Source: a virus (Duplodnaviria > Caudoviricetes). From it: 64,000 bases of DNA. This document shows positions 57,100 through 64,000 of the stretch, in pieces. The first letter of the stretch is position 1; each line of letters begins with the position of its first letter. The position numbers and the translations under genes were made by a program. The notes under the pieces were generated by a model that saw nothing but the letters and a program-made list of their open reading frames with translations, did not search any database and had not been told where the DNA came from. The DNA is taken from the IMG/VR virus record IMGVR_UViG_3300031555_004271, positions 1 through 64,000 of that record; one strand, 5' to 3'.

Positions 57100-57441
57100 C
57101 TAAAGAGGTTTTTTCATGTAGTAGTTATTTACATAATCTGGAATTTCATTTACTAATCCTTTTGATATATAGAATGTGTGTATTGTAACATTGTTATTAG
57201 AGTAATGGAAAGAGTATTTTTTATCTAACCTATCAATTTCCAATATATCCTCATTACCACAGTAGTAATTGTATTCAGATTCTTTATAACCTAACTCTTT
57301 TAATATATTTGAGATCTTAAATAAGGATTCACTAGAACCCTTAAAAATCAAAAATTCCTTACCATATATTTTCTTAGTCTTAAAAATACCTACATCTAAA
57401 TCAAATTGGAATTTCTTTTCTATCTGTTTATAGTCTGTCAT
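57100..57441 (-). CDS. FDL-family paralog (array C)
   Basis: KKFQFDLDVG...NEIPDY. Confidence 0.85.
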   Translation of the reverse strand: MTDYKQIEKKFQFDLDVGIFKTKKIYGKEFLIFKGSSESLFKISNILKELGYKESEYNYYCGNEDILEIDRLDKKYSFHYSNNNVTIHTFYISKGLVNEIPDYVNNYYMKKPL

Positions 57442-57785
57442 GTTTTATAATCCTTTACATAATCTGGAAGTAAGTATATAGATTTATCCATACGCACATC
57501 ACTTTCATACTTTGTTGCAATAAACAATTTCAATTCATTATCTATACCAATTTTAATATATTTATAGTTGGTATATGGATAATCTACAGGTTGTCTAGTA
57601 TAATAATCAGTATCATGACCACAAAGATCTTTATAACCATTCTTTTTTAAAATAGTTATTACTATTAGTACATTCTGTATAGTATCACCAAAAGTTACAT
57701 CATTACGCAAATCTTTTTGATATACAGTATTTAAATCAAATATGAATCTTTTCTCTATTCTTTCATTACTTTGTCTATCATACAT
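57438..57785 (-). CDS. FDL-family paralog (array C)
   Basis: KRFIFDLN...LLPDY. Confidence 0.85.
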   Translation of the reverse strand: MYDRQSNERIEKRFIFDLNTVYQKDLRNDVTFGDTIQNVLIVITILKKNGYKDLCGHDTDYYTRQPVDYPYTNYKYIKIGIDNELKLFIATKYESDVRMDKSIYLLPDYVKDYKT

Positions 57786-58105
57786 TTGTAATACTCCTTT
57801 TCATCAAATTCGTCAATGTAATCTGGTATTTCATTAACAGTGTCATTAAAATGTCTAGCAAATATTCCATATGGTGACATTATAACATAATTTCTAGATT
57901 CCTTATAGATAGCAATTGGACTATCCCAATATATTGGAAAACCACCCTTGTATTCTAATGTGATTAGTACTTTTACAAGTTTTCTATTATCTTTTGCTCT
58001 AAAAATATAGTATCCACCCTCATTAACATTTGTATTTATAGTAAACTTGAATAAACCCATTTCTAAATCGAATTCGAATCTTTTTAAGATTTCTTCATTA
58101 GACAT
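57755..58105 (-). CDS. FDL-family paralog (array C)
   Basis: MSNEEILKRFEFDLEMG...NEIPDY; start moved to the internal Met. Confidence 0.85.
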   Translation of the reverse strand: MSNEEILKRFEFDLEMGLFKFTINTNVNEGGYYIFRAKDNRKLVKVLITLEYKGGFPIYWDSPIAIYKESRNYVIMSPYGIFARHFNDTVNEIPDYIDEFDEKEYYKCMIDKVMKE

Positions 58106-58644
58106 TTTAACACATCCTTTATACAATCAAATACAGTATACTTATACTCACTTACATATTCTGGAATTTCATTAATAGAGTTTTCCTCAAATTTACCAGT
58201 TGATCCACATAAATTAACCCAAGTATGAAATTTCTTTTCATCCTTATCTATACATAAAAATACTAATGTAATATAGTTTCTATTTTTATTATCTTTAACA
58301 AAATACTTATCATGATTAAGATTTATTTCATTTACAAAGTCTAATTCTTCTAGAATTTTTATTAACTTTAAATATAGCTTTTTATTATATGGAGGAATAG
58401 AAAATAGTATTTCTCTTGTAGGTCTATCTTCAACTTCACTAATATACATATTACCATTTGCATATGTTACAACTGTTCTACTACCATATGCAAAACTACT
58501 ATTACCAAAAGTAACAGTATTAGCACTATATGCATAGCTTCCATTATGATGATTATTTAAAATAGATTTTTCTTTAATAGATTCTTTGAATCTACATACT
58601 TCTAGATCAAATTGAAATCTTTTCAAAATTTCTTGATTAGTCAT
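58084..58644 (-). CDS. FDL-family paralog, long form (first of array C)
   Basis: KRFQFDLEVC...NEIPEY; insert with SNTVTFGNSSFAYGS repeats; amphipathic C-tail. Confidence 0.85.
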   Translation of the reverse strand: MTNQEILKRFQFDLEVCRFKESIKEKSILNNHHNGSYAYSANTVTFGNSSFAYGSRTVVTYANGNMYISEVEDRPTREILFSIPPYNKKLYLKLIKILEELDFVNEINLNHDKYFVKDNKNRNYITLVFLCIDKDEKKFHTWVNLCGSTGKFEENSINEIPEYVSEYKYTVFDCIKDVLKCLMKKS

Positions 58645-58681
58645 TTAGTTCTCACCTCTTTTATAAAACTTTCTATCTTAA

Positions 58682-58693
58682 AACAATTATATA
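58682..58693 (+). promoter_or_regulatory. Putative late promoter overlapping a divergent early-type motif
   Basis: plus aaca-attata-ta; minus caaatatatataatt upstream of array C. Confidence 0.5.
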
Positions 58694-58741
58694 TATTTGA
58701 TAAACAAATTAACTCTACAGAAAGTAGGTGACTTATAAACT

Positions 58742-59179
58742 ATGGCAAGAAAATGGATTTATTTAGATGAAGAAGTTAATACAAATGAAATAAAGGATCA
58801 AACTGGTGTTGATGCTAAACGTAAAGAACTTACTGATCGTAAGGAAGAATTAAGAAAAGAAAGAGCAACACTAGCTGGTCAGGTTAAAAACAATCTAGTT
58901 AATACAAAAAATAACTTTAATGATGAGAGAAAATTAAGACAACATGAAAAGAATCTTAATGCTAAAAATAATAACCCTCAAGTTCAGCAGGGTATAAATA
59001 CTGGTACTGCTTCATCCTCTTTATTAGATGAAGAAAAGGAAGATGCTTCCATTAAGGATAATACTTCTAAGGACGATTTCACTAAAGAAATGAAGAAAAA
59101 TCCTGAAGAAAGTATTAAAAATGAGAAGCAACCTTTACAGGAATTTGTAGAACTTTTCAAATCTTTTAAGACTCTATAA
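58742..59179 (+). CDS. Hypothetical late (probable virion) protein
   Basis: aggtga RBS; YLDEE motif, coiled coil. Confidence 0.75.
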   Translation: MARKWIYLDEEVNTNEIKDQTGVDAKRKELTDRKEELRKERATLAGQVKNNLVNTKNNFNDERKLRQHEKNLNAKNNNPQVQQGINTGTASSSLLDEEKEDASIKDNTSKDDFTKEMKKNPEESIKNEKQPLQEFVELFKSFKTL

Positions 59180-59229
59180 TTTTTCTGTGTTCCTAGTGTT
59201 GTTTTTTACTTATTAAATCGAAAGATTTA

Positions 59230-59241
59230 AACAATCTAATA
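59230..59241 (+). promoter_or_regulatory. Putative late promoter AACA-N6-TA
   Basis: aaca-atctaa-ta. Confidence 0.6.
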
Positions 59242-59303
59242 AAGCTTTATATGAGACTTTTATTTTTCACATAAATCAAATTAAGAAAGAAAGGTGTTAA
59301 AAT

Positions 59304-59795
59304 ATGTTACTTGATGATTACAAGAATGTAAATAAAAAGCTAACTTCTGAGGAAGTTGAAAAAGAGCTAATTATGCAGGAAGACTTCGATGCTATCGTTG
59401 AATGGATTCAGGAGAGTGGCTATCTAGCTAACTCTGATGAGTATTCTGTTTATGATGAAGCTGTTAGTATTCGTACTAAGAAGCTAACTGGTAAGGAAGT
59501 TATGAGTAAGGAGCAGTATGAGTCTCTAGTTCGTTCTAAGGCTGCTCTAGCTGCCGCTAAGTCTGCTGGTAGTGCTGACTACGCTAAGCTAGTTAAGGTT
59601 TCTCGTCTACGTAAGAAGCTAATTGCTAAGATCAACAAGCAGTATGCTTCTACCGCTAGAAAGACTGCTAAGGCTGCTGTTAAGGCTGCTAAGAAGACTT
59701 CTAATACTGTCGTTAAGACTGCAAAGGAAGGCAAGGGCGGTACTAATGGTACTCCTAATAAACCAAAGGTTGTTAAGGAAAGCGATAAGAAGTAA
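59304..59795 (+). CDS. Abundant basic Ala/Lys-rich late protein (probable internal DNA-binding virion protein)
   Basis: Acidic N-terminus with xxE motifs, KAAVKAAKK tail, strong codon bias. Confidence 0.65.
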   Translation: MLLDDYKNVNKKLTSEEVEKELIMQEDFDAIVEWIQESGYLANSDEYSVYDEAVSIRTKKLTGKEVMSKEQYESLVRSKAALAAAKSAGSADYAKLVKVSRLRKKLIAKINKQYASTARKTAKAAVKAAKKTSNTVVKTAKEGKGGTNGTPNKPKVVKESDKK

Positions 59796-59848
59796 TTCTT
59801 TTAGTTTTCAATAACTTTACTTTAACTAAAAAATAAAATAAAAAACAC

Positions 59849-59890
59849 AATCATACTAACTGGGTTTATTACCAGTTAGTATGATTTTTT
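59849..59890 (+). terminator. Intrinsic terminator
   Basis: aatcatactaactgg...ccagttagtatgatt plus T run. Confidence 0.85.
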
Positions 59891-59902
59891 ACTTTAGTTT
59901 CA

Positions 59903-59916
59903 TTTATATATACTAA
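59903..59916 (+). promoter_or_regulatory. Putative early promoter
   Basis: tttatatatactaa. Confidence 0.55.
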
Positions 59917-59973
59917 TAACGATAATAGTTTAACTATATCAATCTATTAGTAAGATAAGGAGAATCTAGTTAA

Positions 59974-60339
59974 ATGAAAATAGCAATGGTTTCGCAACCA
60001 ATGACAGGAAAATCAGAAGAAGAAGTTAAACGAGTTAGAAAAGATGCTATCAAAAAACTATGTGAATTAGGATATGAAGTAGTTGCAACTACTTATGTAA
60101 ATGAGGAAGAACATAAGAAATATCTAAAAAGTAAAACTATAATTCAACATCCTATTTTCTATTTATCCAAAACATTAGAACAAATGTCTTTTTGTAATGC
60201 AGTATATTTTTGTAAAGGTTGGAGTAATTCTAAGGGTTGTATGATTGAACATTATGTAGCATCTATTTATGGATTAACTATGATTTATGAGGATGATAAA
60301 GAAAGGATTGATTTCATAAATGGCAAAGAAAACTATTAA
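59974..60339 (+). CDS. DUF4406 / nucleoside-deoxyribosyltransferase-like protein
   Basis: MVSQPMTG, CNAVYFCKGWSNSKGCMIEH. Confidence 0.7.
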   Translation: MKIAMVSQPMTGKSEEEVKRVRKDAIKKLCELGYEVVATTYVNEEEHKKYLKSKTIIQHPIFYLSKTLEQMSFCNAVYFCKGWSNSKGCMIEHYVASIYGLTMIYEDDKERIDFINGKENY

Positions 60340-62230
60340 TCTAAATGAATTGATAGCTAATAAGGAAGAATTCTATCAAAAACTAGATCTGTATGAAAGA
60401 AAAGTATTAGATGTATATAAACGAAGAAAGATTGAAGTTACATTCTCTCTTAATGATGTAGTTTATGAATGTAGTTTAGCTAATCTAATTACTCAGATGA
60501 TTCTGTTTATTCCATTTGTTAATTTGAATGAAATTCCTTCTAACGATTTTGTAATTCTAGACAAGATTAAGAACTTCAGTAAAGGTACAATAATCTCATA
60601 CTTCAATGACATTATCAATCACGTTATCAATGAACTAGAGATTACTGACAAAGAGTATTATGACAAACTAAATGTTTCTATTAAGGAATCTATTAATCAC
60701 TTATCTGACTTGAGTGGTAAGTTCAATGTCTACTCTGGTAGTACTATCATGCTTCACGATTTGATAAATCTTTATAGCGAGAATGAAAGATTTAAAGAAC
60801 TAGTTGATGAAGAAGTACCTAATGGATTAGACTTCTCTGAGATTGAAGAGTTTGTCAATAAGGAATTTGATGAATTGATGAACATTCTTGAAGTAGAGGA
60901 TACTTGTTTTAGACCTTACTTTAATGCTAAGACTGGTATTAACAGAAAACAGTTTAAAGAAATTGTCTCTACGATTGCTCTGAAAGCTGACTTGGATGGT
61001 AATTTGATTCCTTATTGTATTCAAGCTAACTATCTTAAGGGTTTGAACAATATTACTGACTTCTTTATTGTTTCTATTCTGGCAAGAAAAGCCTTGATAA
61101 CTAGCCATAAGCGAGTGAAAGAAAGTGGGTATTTGACTAGAAAATTGTCACTACTTTTGATGGACACCTTCTTATCCAAGGAAGAGGATTGTGAAACTGA
61201 TGAGTATATTGAAGTTTTAGTAGATTCTAAGGATACTGCAAAACGTTACAATTTGAGATATTTCCTGAATAAAAAGGAAAATTGTCTAGAAAGATTTGAT
61301 ACTAAGTTACATGAAAACCTAATTGGTCAAACTCTAAAGTTCCGTAGTCCTATTAAATGTAAATGTAAAGATGGTAAAATCTGTCATACTTGTTATGGTG
61401 ATCTATCTAATGTGAATAATGATATTCATGTAGGTATCCTAGCAGTTCTAGAGCTTACTGAACAGCTTACTCAGAAATTGCTTAGTGCTAAGCACTTACA
61501 GACAACTGCCTCGGACGTTATCGATTGGCCTAAAGAAATGTTACAATACTTCATTGTAGATAAGGGTTCTGTATACATTGATACTGAGAAAGAAAAGTCT
61601 GGTGCATTTATCGTAATTGATGATGATGACATTGAAAGAGACGATGATGATAATAGCATCATTATAAACAAGTTCTCCATTAGAAGTCGTCTAGGAACTG
61701 AAATTGAGATTACTCCTCCTATCAGATTAGTATTCTCTAGAACACTTACTGATCTAATTGAGAATAATCCAGTAAGAGATTCCAATAACAAAATTACAAT
61801 GAGTGTTAAATCTCTATGTGCTATTAACGATGCTATCTTTACTTTCAATCTAGAGAATAATGAGCTGTCTACTTCCCTACAGGCAATTATTAATCTGATT
61901 GAAAGTTCTGATCATCTAGGTATTAGTAACATTGATGAAATGACAAATAAGTTCCTAGAACTACTAAATGAAGGTGATATTGGACTAAATGCAGTTCATG
62001 CTGAATTGATTCTAAGAGAACTATGTAGAGATGCTAATAGTCTCACTAAGAAACCTGAAAGATATGATAATGAGGAGAATTATCAGATTCTAAAGGTTTC
62101 TGATGGTATTTTCAATTCTCCTTCTTCTGCTGTATCTCTAAGTTTCGAGCATTTGAAGAAACAAATCCAGTCACCTGAACTTTATGAAAAGGATGGTACA
62201 TCTATTCTAGATGACCTGTATTTTAACTAA
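60320..62230 (+). CDS. rpoC: Non-virion RNA polymerase beta-prime C-terminal subunit (AR9 gp154-like), 636 aa
   Basis: ARKALITS...ESGYLTRKL, EDC, RSPIKC..KICHTCYG, VGILAVLELTEQLTQKLLSAKH trigger loop. Confidence 0.9.
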   Translation: MAKKTINLNELIANKEEFYQKLDLYERKVLDVYKRRKIEVTFSLNDVVYECSLANLITQMILFIPFVNLNEIPSNDFVILDKIKNFSKGTIISYFNDIINHVINELEITDKEYYDKLNVSIKESINHLSDLSGKFNVYSGSTIMLHDLINLYSENERFKELVDEEVPNGLDFSEIEEFVNKEFDELMNILEVEDTCFRPYFNAKTGINRKQFKEIVSTIALKADLDGNLIPYCIQANYLKGLNNITDFFIVSILARKALITSHKRVKESGYLTRKLSLLLMDTFLSKEEDCETDEYIEVLVDSKDTAKRYNLRYFLNKKENCLERFDTKLHENLIGQTLKFRSPIKCKCKDGKICHTCYGDLSNVNNDIHVGILAVLELTEQLTQKLLSAKHLQTTASDVIDWPKEMLQYFIVDKGSVYIDTEKEKSGAFIVIDDDDIERDDDDNSIIINKFSIRSRLGTEIEITPPIRLVFSRTLTDLIENNPVRDSNNKITMSVKSLCAINDAIFTFNLENNELSTSLQAIINLIESSDHLGISNIDEMTNKFLELLNEGDIGLNAVHAELILRELCRDANSLTKKPERYDNEENYQILKVSDGIFNSPSSAVSLSFEHLKKQIQSPELYEKDGTSILDDLYFN

Positions 62231-62239
62231 TTAAAAATT

Positions 62240-62280
62240 TGTAGAATAAGTATATAACACATACTTATTCTACATTTTTT
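62240..62280 (+). terminator. Intrinsic terminator
   Basis: tgtagaataagtat...atacttattctaca plus T run. Confidence 0.8.
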
Positions 62281-62290
62281 TGAAAGGAAG

Positions 62291-62851
62291 TTGCAAAAGA
62301 TGATGAATTTTGAATCTGAATTTAGACAGTTACAGAGTGAATTTTATAGAATACGTAGTGAATTTGATAGTTTCCAAGGTCAGATAAATACTAAGCTAAA
62401 TAATAAGTATGATTGTGATTCCGTAGAATACAAACTAGAACAGATAAGACAAAGTATAATGATTTTAGAAGCTAGAATAGAAGAAAAATTTTCACTATTA
62501 CCCCATCAGCAAGTATTAAATGTTTACTACTTAGAACATAAAGAGAACTATAATAGTGTATTCTATGATCTATATGAATTATCAGAATTCTTAAAGGAAA
62601 AGATCTTTAAAGATGAAAATGTTCATTTTAAAGTATTTAGTTATAATACTGAGTATTCTTTTCATGTAAATCTAAACTCTAGAGATACATATTTCCAGTA
62701 TTCCAATTTTGAAGCTAGAGATTTTCTAATCAAAATTCCATGTTTTGATGAAGAAAATCCAACTCTAGAACACTATAAGTATTGTATAAATACTGAAGTA
62801 TTAGTTAGAAAACTAAAAGAGACTATTTTCAATGGTATTATGACAAACTAA
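62291..62851 (+). CDS. Hypothetical protein, N-terminal coiled coil
   Basis: gaaagg RBS; C-terminus NTEVLVRKLKETIFN resembles the next gene. Confidence 0.75.
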   Translation: MQKMMNFESEFRQLQSEFYRIRSEFDSFQGQINTKLNNKYDCDSVEYKLEQIRQSIMILEARIEEKFSLLPHQQVLNVYYLEHKENYNSVFYDLYELSEFLKEKIFKDENVHFKVFSYNTEYSFHVNLNSRDTYFQYSNFEARDFLIKIPCFDEENPTLEHYKYCINTEVLVRKLKETIFNGIMTN

Positions 62852-62861
62852 TAGAAAGGAA

Positions 62862-63527
62862 ATGATTGTAATGACAAATTATCTTGATGCTAAATCTGCT
62901 ATTTCAACTTGTGAAAGCTATGTAGATAATTCTATCTCTTCAGTTTCAAACATTAATGTTACTGATGTTTCTTTAAATTCTATTCTCTCATCTAAAACTA
63001 TAGATGATTCAGGACTAAGTGATTGCGCAACATCATCAAAAACAATTACTATTAATTCAAATGATATTAGTAGTAATTGGTGGACTACTACAGGTGGTAC
63101 TTCTATAGGTACTATTAGTCCTAGTTATGATTATGTTACTGTATCTGGCACTTTAAATGGTTATCTTAGTAATAATGAAGCAAAAATACAATTTAGTATT
63201 TTAGAAAGATATTTTAAGATGGGTTTTGTTAAGTCTAATAAATACGATAAAGAGCTAACTAAGAGTGAATTCCTAGATTTAGTAACACTCTATATAAACA
63301 GACTTACTAAACGAGATGATTGTAAAGTAAGTTTTGATAAGGATATAATGTTAGAAACACTTACTTTTAATATTGATAGATCTACATCTTTCACTCTAGA
63401 TAATGATAAAGACTTATTACCAGAAACTTACCTATACTTTATGGACAAATTCTATGTAAATACAGAAAATCTCTTAGCTATTCTAAAGAAAGCTACATTT
63501 AACAGACTTCTAGATGTACAAGTATAA
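62862..63527 (+). CDS. Hypothetical protein, Ser/Thr-rich N-terminus
   Basis: C-terminus NTENLLAILKKATFN. Confidence 0.75.
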   Translation: MIVMTNYLDAKSAISTCESYVDNSISSVSNINVTDVSLNSILSSKTIDDSGLSDCATSSKTITINSNDISSNWWTTTGGTSIGTISPSYDYVTVSGTLNGYLSNNEAKIQFSILERYFKMGFVKSNKYDKELTKSEFLDLVTLYINRLTKRDDCKVSFDKDIMLETLTFNIDRSTSFTLDNDKDLLPETYLYFMDKFYVNTENLLAILKKATFNRLLDVQV

Positions 63528-63550
63528 AAATCTGTAATAAAGAATTTTTT

Positions 63551-63565
63551 AAATATATATTCTAA
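63551..63565 (+). promoter_or_regulatory. Putative early promoter
   Basis: aaatatatattctaa followed by a 10-bp leader hairpin (63569-63602). Confidence 0.6.
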
Positions 63566-63642
63566 ATTTGTATAGTACGTAAATCTTTCTATGTACTATA
63601 CAGATAAAACTTTTTTACTATTTTTAAAGGAGACTAAACACT

Positions 63643-64000
63643 ATGACTAATCCCACAATTACTAATGAATTAACTAAGAAGATCAAATCTAGTAAGATCT
63701 ATGGCTTTTTCCATAACGATCTGGACGGATATGGATGTGGTAAAGTAGGAGACTGCTTCGTAAATCTTGCAGGCGCAAGCTATCTAACTTACGGAAAAGT
63801 AGATAGCGCAATCGATGAATACTGCAATAAGACATACAAAGAATATGATGGTCTGATTGTAGCAGATCTTAATCTAAGTATGGAAAAGTTGGAAAAGCTT
63901 AACAAGCTGGTCGAAGAAGGTCATATCGTTATGTATTTTGACCATCACTTCAAGTCTTTGGATCAGTTTGATTTCTTTAAGAAGTCCAATATCATCTTCA
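63643..64000 (+). CDS. DHH-family phosphoesterase (partial, runs off the window)
   Basis: Translated by hand: MTNPT...FFHNDLDGYG...IVADLN...YFDHH; aaaggag RBS; absent from the track. Confidence 0.85.
   Translation, partial: MTNPTITNELTKKIKSSKIYGFFHNDLDGYGCGKVGDCFVNLAGASYLTYGKVDSAIDEYCNKTYKEYDGLIVADLNLSMEKLEKLNKLVEEGHIVMYFDHHFKSLDQFDFFKKSNIIF

Larger units (their letters stand above)
53397..58644 (-). repeat. Tandem paralog array C (15 FDL-family genes, one frameshifted)
   Basis: Contiguous, mostly ATGA-coupled ORFs with shared terminal motifs. Confidence 0.85.

Noticed and set aside
3352-58644. FDL arrays as a CRISPR array, satellite repeat or DGR target set
   Set aside because: The repeats are protein-coding and variable in length with no identical DNA repeat-spacer pattern. 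No reverse transcriptase or adenine-specific template/variable pair is seen.
3422-61848. Antisense shadow ORFs in the track (3422, 7239, 8610, 13264, 17826, 18482, 20714, 24581, 27779, 30300, 31637, 34150, 34418, 35972, 36675, 38755, 40691, 42232, 43793, 44229, 44583, 45321, 45894, 46050, 48144, 50480, 51899, 52175, 54284, 55060, 56680, 59623, 60827, 61471)
   Set aside because: They overlap better-supported genes or structures on the other strand or frame, lack an RBS, and have the hydrophobic/Ser-rich composition typical of reverse frames.
51397-62230. Inteins in the polymerase or nvRNAP C subunit
   Set aside because: No C/S...HN-C/S/T boundaries or unexplained insertions; lengths fit the split subunits.
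1-64000. tRNA or rRNA genes
   Set aside because: No cloverleaf or T-loop (GTTCGA) context seen in the intergenic gaps; the gttcaacgac hits are intron R elements.

Overview
AT-rich segment of a jumbo myophage genome of the AR9/PBS1 (phiKZ-related, two multisubunit RNA polymerases) type, probably infecting a Firmicute (AAGGAG-type RBS, Amidase_3 lysin, Clostridia-like HD-GYP fold). It holds four beta-prime-like RNAP genes (non-virion and virion N- and C-halves), an AR9 gp226-like promoter-specificity subunit, the C-terminal half of a split family B DNA polymerase, primase, an SSB-like protein, a HAD nucleotidase, GroEL, Hsp20, baseplate/head genes and an endolysin. Three group I introns missed by the ORF track interrupt RNAP genes. 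Two sit at the identical position inside the catalytic GxD|(Y/F)DGD motif and one splits the bridge helix. The bridge-helix intron carries a complete antisense mini-gene (promoter, RBS, 51-aa ORF, terminator) in its P6 loop. The 197-nt intron in the virion beta-prime N gene appears to lack P8. About 44 small paralogous genes of an unrecognised family (KRFxFDLxMG...NxIPxY) form three tandem early arrays. Other hidden features are a probable -1 frameshift in a baseplate-hub/chaperone gene, a two-hairpin structured RNA upstream of groEL, a 27-aa peptide gene with a pseudoknot-like leader, and a degenerate HD-GYP protein. AACA-N6-TA late promoters suggest, by inference, a uracil-DNA lifestyle. All homology calls are from motif recognition and recall, not from database searches.
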